From Pristiophorus japonicus (lineage: Eukaryota), in assembly GCF_044704955.1 (NCBI RefSeq), contig NC_091992.1:123132001-123196000 (forward strand): a DNA stretch of 64,000 nucleotides, in the 5' to 3' direction. This document shows, in pieces, positions 50,101 through 63,415 of the stretch (the stretch's first letter is position 1; each line of letters opens with the position of its first letter). The notes under the pieces were generated by a model that was not told where the DNA came from, did no database searches, and worked only from the letters and a program-made list of their open reading frames with translations. Made by a program: the position numbers and the translations under genes.

Positions 50101-50102
50101 GC
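44156..50102 (-). mobile_element. Composite CR1: ORF1 and linker of one subfamily (49150-50102), ORF2 copy of another (45963-49150) and a tandem second 3' copy (44156-45962)
   Basis: ORF1 esterase with intact GDSIVRG. Two successive LNARS endonuclease starts. 451-aa ORF 46934-48289. Two (TTCTTATG)n tails. Confidence 0.88.
46678..46746 (+). mobile_element. 69-bp insertion with 14-bp target-site duplication (probably a Tx1/L1-type 3' end)
   Basis: ttcatgcacaagga at 46664-46677 and 46747-46760. The sister CR1 copy (~44857) has one copy of this sequence and no insert. Confidence 0.7.
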
Positions 50103-51339
50103 TAGTTGTGTTCCCTGTAATTGAGCCTCTTTGCTCATGGTTTTGTATCAGTAACTGTTATGCAAAAAGATCCAAGAGGCCACCCGCGAGCAGGCAAAGA
50201 AGGGAAACCGAGGGCGGGTATCTCGCAGAGGGGAAACCAGGAGTTGGAGCAACTGTGATGCCACCAGTAACTAATAGTAACTCCCTGAAATCGCACCGAT
50301 AACTAATAGTAATACTGGCAACACTTAGATTCCATTCATAACTAACAGAAATACAATAACTCACTAAAAGTTTATGTGTAACTGGTAGTAATATGTATAA
50401 CACTCTGATATCTTAACTGTAATCCTATAACCCACTGATAATCCTTAACTGAGTTTCCGAACCATATCCTCTCCTTCACCAAGATTGCCTACTTCCAGCG
50501 CTGTAATATTGCCCATCTGCTGCTGAAACCCTCGTCCATGGTTTTGTTGCCTCCAGATTCAACTATTCCAATGCTCTTCTGGCCTGCTTCCCATTTTTCA
50601 CAACAACAATAACAACAACTTATTTATATAAATGCCTTTACCGTAGTAAAATGTCCCAAGGCGCTTCACAGTAGTGTTATAAGACACTACATAAGAAGAA
50701 ATTACGGCAGATGACCAAAAGGTAGGTTTTAAGGATCATCTTAAAAGGAGGTAGAAAGGTGTAGAGACGTAGGAAGGGAGTTCCAGAGCTTAGGGCCCAG
50801 GCAGTTGAAGGCACTACCACCAATGGTTGAGCAGCTATAATCAGGGATGCTCAAGAGGGCAGAATTTGAGGAGTGCAGACATCTCGTGGAGTTGTGAGGC
50901 TGAAAGAGATTACAGAGATAGGCCATAGAGAAATTTGTAAACAAGGATGATAATTTTGAAATCAAGGCATTGCTTAACCGGAAGCCACTGTAGGTCAGCG
51001 AACACAGGGGTGATGGGTGAGCGGGACTTGGTGCAAGTTAGGACATAGGCTGCCGAGTTTTGGATGACTTCAAGTTTACTAGGGTAGAATGTGGGAGGCC
51101 AGCAAGGAATGCATTGGAATAGTCAAGTCTCGAGGTAACAAAGGCATGGATGAGGTTTTCAGCAGCAGATGAGCTGAGGCAGGGACAGAGGCGGGCAATG
51201 TTACGGAGGTGAAACTAGGCGGTTTTAGTTATGCCACGGATATGTGGCCGGAAGCTCATTTCAGGGTCAAATATGACGCCTAGGTTGCAAACAGTCTGGT
51301 TCAGCCTCAGATAGATAGATACATTCTTTCAGTCTGTGG

Positions 51340-51797
51340 TTCGGACCTATGAATCCCAGGGAGAGAAGACATGTGAGAAGCAGGACAGTAGGAGTACGCG
51401 CGTGTTTATGTACTAGTCCCATGCAGCAGAGCCTGGTCTCCAGTCATCTTGTATCCCCTTACCACTGGACCAAAACTTTGCTCTGTCAAGCCCGTGTGGT
51501 AGCTGGTGTGCAACGGCCACCCCACATTAAAAGAATTCACGCATAGGCATGTTCAAATGAAGTTCAGGATCTGGAACGTCAGGACCCTCATGGACAACCC
51601 CAACAGTGACAGACCAGAACATCGCACTGCTATCATTGCCCGAAAACTCAGACGTTTTGATGTAGATATCGCCGCCCTAAGCGAGACCCAGCGGGCAGAG
51701 GAAGGCCAGCTCATAGCTCATCAATCACCTGATAACTCATTTTTAGTGCAGAAGCAAGTGATCCTCGACTCCGAGGGACTGTCTAAGAAGAAGAAGA
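51340..51797 (+). mobile_element. Internally deleted RTE retaining the first ~52 endonuclease codons
   Basis: MKFRIWNVRTLMDN...DIAALSETQ (RTE APE N-terminus) joined directly to the RTE 3' tail with (AGA)n. Confidence 0.82.
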
Positions 51798-52038
51798 TGC
51801 TAGAGAGAGGGATGGAGTCAGTGGCTAGGGAACCCAGTTTGTGGCGGGGACCATAGACAATGGCTTCGGTCTTCCCAATATTTAATTGGAGAAAATTACT
51901 GCTCATCCAGTACTGGAATGTCGAACAAGCAGTCTGACAATTTAGAGACCATGGAAGGGTCGAGAAAAGTGGTGGAGAGGTAGAGCTGGGTGTTGTCAGC
52001 GTATTTGTGGAAACTGACTCCGTGTTTTCGGATGATAT

Positions 52039-52792
52039 CATAGAAACATAGAAAAATAAGTGCAGGAGTAGGCCATTCGGCCCTTTGAGCCTGCACCGCC
52101 ATTCAATAAGATCATGGCTGATCATTCCTTCAGTACCCCTTTCCTGCTTTCTCTCCATACCCCTTGATCCCCTTCACCATAAGAGCCAGATCTAACTCCC
52201 TCTTGAATATATCCAGTGAACTGGTATCAACAACTCTCTGCGGCAGGGAATTCCACAGGTTAACAACTCTCTGAGTGAAGAAGTTTCTCCTCATCTCAGT
52301 CCTAAATGGTCTACCCCTTATCCTAAGACTATGTCCCCTGGTTCTGGACTTCCCCAGCATCGGGAACATTCTTCCTGCCTCTAACCTGTCCAATCCCGTC
52401 AGAATTTTATATGTTTCTATGAGATCCCCTCTCATCCTTCTAAACTCCAGTGAATAAAGGCCCAGTTGATCCAGTCTCTCCTCATATAACAGCCCAGCCA
52501 TCCCTGGAATCAGTCTGGTGAACCTTCGCTGCACTCCCTCAATAGCAAGTCCTTCCTCAGACTAGGAGACCAAAACTGAACACAATATTCCAGGTGAGGC
52601 CTCACTAAGGCCCTGTACAACTGCAGTAAGACCTCCCTGCTTCTATATTCAAATCCCCTAGCTATGAAGGCCAACATACCATTTGCCGCCTTCACCGCCT
52701 GCTGTACCTGCGTGCCCACTTTCAGTGACTGATCAACCATGACACCCAGGTCTCGTTGCACCTCCCCTTTTCCTAATCTGCCGCCATTCAGA
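52039..52792 (-). mobile_element. CR1 3' fragment nested in L2
   Basis: LVRPHLEYCVQFW...GYGEKAGKGY* plus tail. Confidence 0.9.
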
Positions 52793-55700
52793 TCGCCAAG
52801 GGGCAGCATACAGATGAGAAATAGGAGGGTCCAATGATAGATCCTTGGTAGACACCAGAGGTAATGATGCGGGAGTGGGAAGAGAAGCCAGTGCAGGAGA
52901 TTTTCTGACTACGATTAGATAGATAAGAGTGGAACAAGGCGAGTATAGTCCCCTCCAGCTGGAGGATGGTAGAGAAGCGTTGGAGGAGGATGGAGTGGTC
53001 AGCTGTGTCAAAGGCTGCAGACAGGGCGAGGAGGATGAGGAGGGTTACTTTATCCTTGTCACAGTCACAAAGGATGTCATTTGTGACTTTGATGAGAGCA
53101 GTTTCGGTACTGTGGCGGGGCGGAAACCAGATGGAAGGGATTCAAACATGGAGTTCCGGGAAAGATGGGCACGGATTTAGGAGGCGAAAACAAGTTCAAG
53201 GACTTTGGAGAGAAAAGGGAGGTTGGAGATGGGGACTATCAAGCACAGTGGGGTCGAGGGTTCTGTTTTTGAGGAGATATGTGATGAAGGCAGATTTGAA
53301 GGAGAGGGGGACAGTACCTGAGGAGAAAGAACCGTTAACAATGTTGGCTAACATGGGAGCCAGAACAGGAAGTTGGGTGGTCAGCAATTTAGTGGGAATA
53401 GGGTCAAGGGAGCAGCAAGTGGGTCTCATGGACAAGATGAGCGTGGAGAGGTCAAGAGGGGAGATCAGAGAGAAACTGGAGAAAGATGCGAGTTTATGGC
53501 AGGGGGAACCTCAGAGGAAGTTTGGCCCGGTGGGCTAGGGGAAGGAAGGGAATTGGCTGAGGCAGCTGATTGGATGGTCTCTATCTTTGAGACAAAGAAG
53601 TCCATGAGCTCATCACATTTGTTGTTGGAGGCAAGTGTAGTGGAGACAGGGTAGAGAGATTTGAGAAGACGGTTAGCAGTAGAGAATAGTAGCCAGGGTT
53701 ATTTTTGCATTCCAGAATGATTCTGGAATAGTGAGCAGTTTTGGAAGACAAGAGTAAGACCCGATAATGCTTTATGTGGTCCAGTCAGATCTGGCGGTGA
53801 ATGGCTGAACCAGTTGTCCGCCACATTCATTCAAGTCTACGTCCGTTGGACTTGAGGGAGCGAAGATGAGGACCGTACCAGGGGAAACGGCCAGGTTGAA
53901 AGAGAGTAATGGTTTTAATAGGGACTAGAGCATCAAAGATGGTGGTGAGGGTGCGGTTGAGCAGATCGGTGGCTGCAGAAATATCATGGTGAAAGGAGGG
54001 AAAAAGGCTGGACAGCTTGGAGTTGATAAGTGCAGGTGTAAGAGAGTTTGGAGAATTTGTTCCAGGGGTAGATGCAGAAGGAAGTAGGGTTGGGTGGGGA
54101 AGGGGGATGTGGGTGGAGAGCGATATAAGGAAATGGTCAGAGATGGCCTTAACTGTAATTGACACGGTAGGAATAGCGAGGCCACAAGAGATGGCAAGGC
54201 CAAGGGGGTGGCTGTGAATATGGATTGGAGAGTTTACATGGAGGAAGAGATTAAGGAGGGTAGTGAACTCAGAGAGAGCATAATGAATTGAGATGGAGGT
54301 TGAAATCACCGAGGATGAGAAGTCGCTCGGTGCAGAGGCTGAGGGAGGAAAGCAGTGAAGATATCTCGGTGATAACATTTTTATCATTCTTGGGTGGGCT
54401 GTAGAGAATGAAAATTTTAAATGAGAGGTGAGAGGGGTGGAATAAGGTGAGATGTTCAAAGGAGGAGAAAGTGCCAGAGGCGTAGGGGGACAGACCAAGG
54501 TATGATTTGGTGATGAGAGTTACACCGCCACCACGGCCATCTGAGTGGGGCAAATGGTGGAAGGTATAGCCAGGCAGGGAAGCTACGTTTAAAGGTAAGG
54601 TGTCATCACCCCTCAGCCAAGTTTCAGTCAGGGCCATGGTGTCGATGTAATCATCCACGATAAGCTCATGGACGGCAGGGGTCTTGTTCGCAATCGAACG
54701 GACGTTCTGCATGGAGATCCGGAAAGGATCAGTGATGGCTGATCCACTGCCAGCATACACAGGATCAGCGCTTGGAGGGATGAGTTGGACGGGGAGGAGA
54801 TTGGCAAGGTTAGTCTCCCGTGGGCAAGCTGGGTGGCAAGGTCGGTGAGAGAGTAGGATGAGACAGTTGGGGTTGCTACTCGTGAGGAGACAGCGACGAG
54901 TGCCACGGTGGACCCTTCGGAGGATGCCAAGAAAGGCCCAGAGGGAAGCTGCAGGCTTGTCTAAAAGGGAGTCGAGGCTGGGATGGCGGCAGGGAGAGTA
55001 GGAAGGTCGAAGAGTAATGAAGGGTTGGGGTAGGGATTTGGGAGGACAGAGTGTCCAAGAGAGGAGAGATGAAAGGCAGCATAATGACAGGAGGGACTGG
55101 TCAGGGAGGGATAGAGAGAAAAGAGAAAGCTGGAGAAGAAAGTGGAAATTGAAGTGAATACAGCAGCCAAAACGCGCACGTAAATAGGGGAAAAATCAAT
55201 TTACATAGGTAAGTGGTTGATGACAATAGTAGAATCAGTGTAATCAAGATCAATTATATTGAAACAAAATTGATTAAAATATAGATTATAAGTAAATTAA
55301 AAAAATCAAAAGTTGAGTAAGTGAAAAGTTAAATCATTCTCTAGCTGTCTCATTAAATCATTCTCTGGTGGATCAAAAGGCACGACGAGAAGTCACCATT
55401 CCAAAGACCGTTGATCCAACCACCAGTAAAAAAAACTTTCTTGAGGTGATTTAAATAGAGACTGCACTCTCCTGCAAGATTGCGGGACAGTTTGAAAGAA
55501 AATCTTGAAACAAGTGGCAATGTAAAATTCTTCCACGGAAGAAATTAGAAATTGGCAGGAGCCATGATCAATATCAGGAACAATAATGATGTTAGTTTCA
55601 AAGTGATGCAGCAACAACCAAGGTGAAACTGATCAATGACAGCAGCCCGATGAATAACTGACAATCTAAATAACGTATAGAAATTGTTAGACTTCTTTTC

Positions 55701-56509
55701 TTCTCATTCTTCTTTTCATCCTCCGTAATCTTAGACCTCCTCCAAAACTCTGCTGCCTGTACTCTGACTTGCATCAAGTCCTGTTCTCCCATCACCGATG
55801 TGCTTGCTGTTTTTATTTCAGGTTCCAGCATCCACAGTGTTTTGCTTTTGTGCTCGCTGACCTACATTGGCTCCTGGTCGAGCAACACCTCGATTTAAAA
55901 TTCTCATCCTTCTATTCAAATCCCATCATCTGTCGCTGCAGCATCTAAATTATCTGTACTCCACCAGCAGACACTACATAACATCCATCATGTACCCAAC
56001 GGTCTAAGTTTAATACTAACAGTCTGCATTCAGAACCTAGTGCTCTTTTCTCCATGTTTCAACACAAAAATCCTTCAACCTGTCAGCTGTTGAAGGACTG
56101 GGTAGGTCAGATCCGTATAAAAGCACAAAATCCAGCTCCACTTGCTCTTTCCTGCAAACCAGAGGCACATGCAGAGAAGATGCTAGGAATGTGACTGCAT
56201 CCCTTTATAGTACAGATAATTGTGTTAGTTTGATAGCACCAGTTGTGTGAGTGGAGCCAATTACTGCATTAATGTCAGCACTGCTGAGCGTTGGAAGGAT
56301 CGGCTACAATCATATCAACACAGGGCAACATTCACTGGGCTCTCTCTCTGTAGATACATTGCTGCTTTTGCAGAGGCATGTAGGTCTGTCAATGTCTGTA
56401 GTGAGGCTTGAGGCAGCCTGCTTAGAGTTTGTTAGCATAAAGCCAGTTGGATTTATGTCGCAGAAGGTGCGTGTTAGAAAAAGTTTCAGTTAATAAATTA
56501 ACTTGGTGC

Positions 56510-56884
56510 ATTTAAAATTCTGACGGGTTTAGACAGGTTAGATGCAGGAAGAATGTTCCCAATGTTGGGGAAGTCCAGAACCAGGGGTCACAGTCTAAGG
56601 ATAAGGGGTAAGTCATTTAGGACCGAGATGAGGAGAAACTTCTTCACCCAGAGAGTGGTGAACCTGTGGAATTCTCTCCCACAGAAAGTAGTTGAGGCCA
56701 ATTCACTAAATATATTCAAAAGGGAGTTAGATGAAGTCCTTACTACTCGGGGGATCAAGGGGTATGGCGAGAAAGCAGGAAGGGGGTACTGAAGTTTCAT
56801 GTTCAGCCATGAACTCATTGAATGGCGGTGCAGGCCAGAAGGGCTGAATGGCCTGCTCCTGCACCTATTTTCTATGTTTCTATG
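56510..56884 (+). mobile_element. CR1 3' fragment
   Basis: FKILTGLDR...GYGEKAGRGY* plus (TTCTATGT)n. Confidence 0.9.
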
Positions 56885-57530
56885 AATGTCCAATGGAAGG
56901 AACGGAGCCCTGTAAAGTTGTGTGGCAATCTATAACTGAGACAATTAGAAAAGCAATTAACAAAGGCATGCACAATACAATTAAACAATAATGGGTGAAA
57001 TCATACAGTCTGTTTATAAAAAATTAAGACTGCAGTTCTCTCTAGGCTCCAACCCAGCCTTAACCTCAGGAATACCACTCCTCCCAGCCTAAGTCCCAGG
57101 AACACCTCTATTCCTGTCTTCAGCCTCAGAAATGTCTCCAGCCACCTCACGCTTGGGACCTTGTTGCTGTCAGTTGCCATATAACAAGAAACCAATACCA
57201 TTCCATCCCTGCTTCAACTTGGGCCTTGTGTGCCATTCCAACTCTGGCTCCACTGCACCCAATCACACCATTCCCTGAGTCAATGTTACATTCCCCATCT
57301 GACTGCTCTGGTCCTCTCCAAAAAACATAGGATTTATCAGGAGCCATGAACTCTGATTGTATTACTATGGCTAAACACTGGAGTTTTAAAAAAATCGTTT
57401 TAAATTTACTGTGGCTTTGCTCACAGTGAGTCTGGGATACAGTGGAACAGTTGGATGGGGGATGAATGCTAAAAGATAATACACTGGGAGTAAAACCTGG
57501 GACGTTTTAGATCAGTATTACTCATTGCAG

Positions 57531-57815
57531 GGGGTCGTTCGGCCCAACTGCCTGCCTCTCTTCCGTGGCTACATTCGAGCCCGCGTGTCCCTGGAAATGG
57601 AGCACGCAATGTCCGCTGGTACGCTCGATACCTTTCGTGACCGATGGGCACCGGAGGGACTGGAGTGCATTATCACAACCGGGAACAACATTTTAATTTG
57701 ATTTATTAAGTTTCATTTAAAATTTGTTAATTTAAAGTATTTATTGGTCATGCCCTTTAAAAAAGGAGGCACACGCTTGACTTTTAATTGGCAATTGCCA
57801 ATATTTAAAAGAGTC
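57531..57815 (+). mobile_element. Tx1/L1-clade LINE 3' end
   Basis: GVVRPNCLPLFRGYIRARVSLEMEHAMSAGTLDTFRDRWAPEGLECII...* resembles Tx1 ORF2 C-termini; AT-rich 3' UTR with a tgccc..ggcac hairpin. Confidence 0.6.
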
Positions 57816-59269
57816 AGCACCACATTGCTGTCACCCACTGGGCTATTGGAGGAGCTGTGTGAAAACTTTCATTTGAATGCAATATGACAGCCTTTCACTA
57901 AACAAGCTTTCACAGGCAGTGACATTAATTGGTTGTCAGTTGCATCACACATACCATACATCGTCCAAGCAATTCATTCCAACAGACTACCTGACCATGA
58001 ATGAAATTGAAGCTTATAGATATTTATTTATACTTGTATTAGTCTAGGCATCTACCACCTGAGACACTATGTAAATGGAAGTAAGTGCACGTATTCCACA
58101 GAGCTTTTTATTTTAGAGATTAGACTCAAAATGTTTTATACAGAGTATTACTACAATCAGAAAGTTTCCTGAGAATTACGTAATATTTAATTAGTGGTTA
58201 ATTATTTATCATCAATAAACTTTGTTACAAATATGCACAGATTTTGCCATAACTACAAACAAATGATTTGCTGGATCTAAGAATATCTGCAATTACGCTT
58301 GTAGCAATGAGGTAACAATTATGTTGTTATAGGTAACAAGTATTGTTTGCTTTTGTAGTTCTGCACAGACCTACTCATTTTCTAGTCACCATTTTCAGCA
58401 GGACCTAAAAGAAGCAAACATACAGTGAATGTTAGATTAATATTTTTAACTGAACTACAGACAAGGTTTCTCGATTCTAATGAAATGAAAACCTGTTGTC
58501 TGAAATAGTTTTTGTATTCATCATAATTCTTTAGAAATCTCTATTTATATTATAATAAACAATATAATCTAAGACCACCCCCACCCCCCTGGCATTTTCC
58601 ATGGAGGCTGGTTAGTTGCAAGTTAGAAAATTGGGCCAGCAATCTAGCTGCTCTTAAAAAGTTCATGCTTACCCTCAAAGTGGAGTAGAGGAACTCTGCT
58701 GCTGGGTGAAGGTGAAGGTGCACTAGACATTTGTTCAATGATGGCCATAGACAAGACTCTAAGTTTTAGTAATGATACCTTGGAGGTCTCGTTGCACAAG
58801 GTGCAGAAGATCACCGTTTCTGAAAGCAGAGGCACAACCTTCTTGCAAGGAGTTGGCCGGGCAAATCAATACTTGTATGGTATGCTGGACTGGAAACTAG
58901 ATGACAAGGAAGTTCAGTGGCATCAAAAGAAGTATCAAGATTTGTGTAGGGATCTTTGCATACTATCGCTTCATATAAGGAGTGATCCCAGTGTGAGTAT
59001 CGTTAGTTGCACCCCTCAAGGAGAATACCTAAAAACTAGCACGCAGTATTATTTATTTTTGCAGCACACCTGGATTTCACAGAAGCTGCATGGCACATTA
59101 GCAGCAGGGGCCAATTGTTCTTGGCAGCTCAACCACAAGAGAGACATATCTAGAAAACTATTATGAGCTTGTGGAAATAGTTGGGACCAGAGAGGAAAGT
59201 AGTCACGGCAGAGTGGTGCTGTTTTGTCTGCACACACCTTCCTAACATCTTCGTAGGTTTTCTGTGCTT

Positions 59270-59850
59270 ATCATCATCATCATCATAGGCAGTCCCTCAG
59301 AGTCGAGGAAGACTTGCTTCCACTCTTAAAGTGAGTTCTTTGGTGGCCGAACAGTCCAATACAAGAGCCAAAGACTCTGTCACAGAGGGAAGGGGTGGGT
59401 GGGACTGATTTGCCACACACTCTTTTCGCTGCCTGCGCTTGATTTCTGCATGCTCTCGGCGACGAGACTTGAAGTGCTCAGCGCCCTCCGGATGCACTTC
59501 CTCCACTTAGGGTGGTCTTTGGCCAGGGACTCCCAGGTGTCAGTGGGGATGTCGCACTTTATCAGGGAGGCTTTGAGGGTGTCCTTGTAACGTTTCCGCT
59601 GCCCACCTTTGGCTCATTTGCCGTGAAGGAGTTCCGAGTAGAGCACTGGCTTTGGGAGTCTCGTGTCTGGCATGCGAACTATGTGGCCTAACAGCGGAGC
59701 TAATCGAGTGTGGTTAGTGCTTCAATGCTGGGGATGTTGGCCTGGACAAGGACGCTAATGTTGGTGCGCCTGTCCTCCCAGGGGATTTGTAGGCTCTTGC
59801 GGAGACATCGTTGGTGGTATTTCTTCAGCGACTTGAGGTGTCTGCTGTAC
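59270..59850 (-). mobile_element. RTE 3' fragment
   Basis: Reverse complement of 17790-18385, with an (ATG)n tail. Confidence 0.88.
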
Positions 59851-60113
59851 TGTGCTTACAGGCCAAGGCTGTCTGCCATTGGGAGAAAATCAGGACAAGA
59901 GGTGAGTCAGCAATACTAAATTAGCTCACTGTCTCTGGTGAGATAGCAACCACCCTGTGTGGACTGGAATCCATAGAGGTCATAGACAGTTTGAAGTCAC
60001 TGTGCTATCACCCAGCAAGTATCTCCCATTTGTTATAATCCAGCATAGTGAAAGAAATTGTTTAAGAACAATTCAGTTGGAACAATTGACTTGGAAATTA
60101 AAATCGGAAGAGA

Positions 60114-60320
60114 TGTTGGTGTATGAAATGATACAATGAACTCCGTATTGTGAGCCAGTAACCAAGTGTAACCTGGTCAGTCTTTAATGGCTTCCAGAAG
60201 TGACAATGCAAAGGTGAAGTTCAACTTATATACCGGGCCCAGCACAAGTGTACCTATGACCCTAGAACCTCCGACGGTAGTGCCCTCTGATGGTGGGCAG
60301 ACCTTATGTACATACATTAC
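60114..60320 (-). mobile_element. 3' LTR of the Gypsy element at 63416-64000, separated from it by a CR1
   Basis: Similar to the other LTRs; ends ...ACA on the minus strand; continues from the PPT at ~63415-63428 once the CR1 is removed. Confidence 0.7.
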
Positions 60321-63300
60321 ATAGAAACATAGAAAACAGGTGCAGGATTAGGCCATTCGGCCCTTCTAGCCTGCACCGCCATTCAATGAGTTCATGGCTG
60401 AACATTCAACTTCAGTACCCCATTCCTGCTTTCTCGCCATACCCCTTGATCCCCCTAGTAGTAAGGACCTCATCTAACTCCTTTTTGAATATATTTAGTG
60501 AATTGGCCTCAACAACTTTCTGTGGTAGAGAATTCCACAGGTTCACCACTCTCTGGGTGAAGAAGTTCCTCCGCATCTCGGTCCTAAATGGCTTACCCCT
60601 TATCCTTAGACTGTGACCTCTGGTTCTGGACTTCCCCAACATTGGGAACATTCTTCCTGCATCTAACCTGTCTAACCCCGTCAGAATTTTAAATGTTTCT
60701 ATGAGGTCCCCTCTCATTCTTCTGAACACCAGTGAATACAAGCCCAGTTGATCCAGTCTTTCTTGATAGGTCAGTCCCGCCATCCCGGGAATCAGTCTGG
60801 TGAACCTTCGCTGCACTCCCTCAATAGCAAGAATGTCCTTCCTCAGGTTAGGAGACCAAAACTGTACACAATACTCCAGGTGTGGCCTCACCAATGCCCT
60901 GTACAACTGTAGCAACACCTCCCTGCCCCTGTACTCAAATCCCCTTGCTATGAAGGCCAACATGCCATTTGCTTTCTTAACCGCCTGCTGCACCTGCATG
61001 CCAACCTTCAATGACTGATGTACCATGACACCCAGGTCTCTTTGCACCTCCCCTTTTCCTAATCTGTCACCATTCAGATAATAGTCTGTCTCTCTGTTTT
61101 TACCACCAAAGTGGATAACCTCACATTTATCCACATTATACTTCATCTGCCATGCATTTGCCCACTCACCTAACCTATCCAAGTCGCTCTGCAGCCTCAC
61201 AGCATCCTCCTCGCAGCTCACACTGCCACCCAACTTAGTGTCATCTGCAAATTTGGAGATACTACATTTAATCCCCTCATCTAAATCATTAATGTACAGT
61301 GTAAACAGCTGGGGCCCCAGCACAGAACCTTGCGGTACCCCACTAGTCACTGCCTGCCATTCTGAAAAGTACCCATTTACTCCTACTCTCTGCTTCCTGT
61401 CTGACAACCAGTTCTCAATCCATGTCAATACACTACCCCCAATCCCATGTGCTCTAACTTTGCACATCAATCTCTTGTGTGGGACCTTGTCGAACGCCTT
61501 CTGAAAGTCCAAATATACCACATCAACTGGTTCTCCCTTATCCACTCTACTGGAAACATCCTCAAAAAATTCCAGAAGATTTGTCAAGCATGATTTCCCT
61601 TTCACAAATTCATACTGACTTGGACCTATCATGTCACCTCTTTCCAAATGCACTGCTATGACATCCTTAATAATTGATTCCATCATTTTACCCACTACCG
61701 ATGTCAGGCTGACCGGTCTATAATTCCCTGTTTTCTCTCTCCCTCCTTTTTTAAAAAGTGGGGTTACATTGGCTACCCTCCACTCCATAGGAACTGATCC
61801 AGAGTCAATGGAATGTTGGAAAATGACTGTCAACGCATCCACTATTTCCAAGGCCACCTCCTTAAGTACTCTGGGATGCAGTCCATCAGGCCCTGGGGAT
61901 TTATCGGCCTTCAATCCCATCAATTTCCCCAACACAATTTCCCGGCTAATAAGGATTTCCCTCAGTTCCTCCTCCTTACTAGACCCCCGACCCCTTTTAT
62001 AACCGGAAGGTTGTTCGTGTCCTCCCTCGTGAATACCGAACCAAAGTACTTGTTCAATTGGTCCGCCATTTCTTTGTTCCCCATTATGACTTCCCCTGAT
62101 TCTGACTGCAGGGGACCTACGTTTGTCTTTACTAACCTTTTTCTCTTTACATATCTATGGAAACTTTTGCAATCCGTCTTAATGTTCCCTGCAAGCTTCT
62201 TCTCATACTCCATTTTCCCTGCCCTAATCAAACCCTTTGTCCTCCTCTGCTGAGTTCTAAATTTCTCCCAGTCCCCAGGTTCGCTGCTATTTCTGGCCAA
62301 TTTGTATGCCACTTCCTTGGCTTTAATACTATCCCTGATTTCCCTTGATAGCCACGGTTGAGCCACCTTCCCTTTTTTATTTTTATGCCAGACAGGAATG
62401 TACAATTGTTGTAGTTCATCCATGCGGTCTCTAAATGTCTGCCATTGCCCATCCACAGTCAACCCCTTAAGTATCATTCGCCAATCCATCCCAGCCAATT
62501 CACGCCTCATACCTTCAAAGTTAGCCTTCTTTAAGTTCTGGACCATGGTCTCTGAATTAACTGTTTCATTCTCCATCCCAATGCAGAATTCCACCATATT
62601 ATGGTCACTCTTCCCCAAGGGGCCTCGCACAACGAGATTGCTAATTAATCCTCTCTCATTACATAACACCCAGTCTAAGATGGCCTCCCCCCTAGTTGGT
62701 TCCTCGACATATTGGTCTAAAAAACCATCCCTTATGCACTCCAGGAAATCCTCCTCCACCGTATTGCTTCCAGTTTGGTTAGCCCAATCTATGTGCATAT
62801 TAAAGTCACCCATTATAACTGCTGCACCTTTATTGCACGCACCCCTAATTTCATGTTTGATGCCCTCCCCAACATCACTATTACTGTTTGGAGGTCTGTA
62901 CACAACTCCCACTAACGTTTTTTGCCCTTTGGTGTTCTGCAGCTCTACCCATATAGATTCCACGTCATCCAAGCTAATGTCCTTCCTAACTATTGCCTTA
63001 ATCTCCTCCTTAACCAGCAATGCTACCCCACCTCCTTTTCCTCTATCCTTCCTGAATGTTGAATACCCCTGGATGTTGAGTTCCCAGCCCTGATCATCCT
63101 GGAGCCACGTCTCCGTAATCCCAATCACATCATATTTGTTAACATCTATTTGCACAGTTAATTCATCCACCTTATTGCGGATACTCCTTGCATTAAGACA
63201 CAAAGCCTTTAGGCTTGTTTTTTTAACACCCTCTGTCCTTTTAGAATTTTGCTATACAATGGCCCTTTTTGTTCTTTGCCTTGGGTTTCTCTGCCCTCCA

Positions 63301-63415
63301 CTTTTCCTCATCTCCTTTCTGTCTTTTGTTTTTGCCTCCTTTTTGTTTCCCTCTATCTCCCTGCATTGGTTCCCATCCCCCTGCCATATTAGTTTAACTC
63401 CTCCCCAACAGCACT
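60321..63415 (-). mobile_element. Young CR1 truncated just 5' of the ORF1 stop; ORF2 nearly intact
   Basis: 413-aa APE ORF (61962-63203) and 507-aa RT ORF (60412-61935) separated by one frameshift; tail present. Confidence 0.95.

Larger units (their letters stand above)
50600..55180 (-). mobile_element. L2-clade LINE, long decayed copy with nested RTE derivative and CR1
   Basis: APE QNVRSIANK, ALTETWL, ILGDFNLH; TCCSLDPIPTKLL; RT YADNTQLY; C-terminal AFNCLGPKLWNSLP; (TTG)n tail. Confidence 0.88.

Noticed and set aside
55393-56493. Short ORFs as possible exons of an upstream neighbour gene
   Set aside because: No recognisable homology and no consistent exon boundaries; part of the region is an L2 fragment.
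57045-57150. Degenerate ~30-bp tandem repeat (cccagcct.a...caggaa.acc)
   Set aside because: Only two to three poor units, with nothing to suggest function.
58673-59028. Minus-strand segment bounded by tttttag and gtaag, faintly FAAP100-like
   Set aside because: Stops in all three frames across the interval, and similarity too weak to call by eye. A TBLASTN or HMM search would be needed; a shorter exon ending at 58673 is not excluded.
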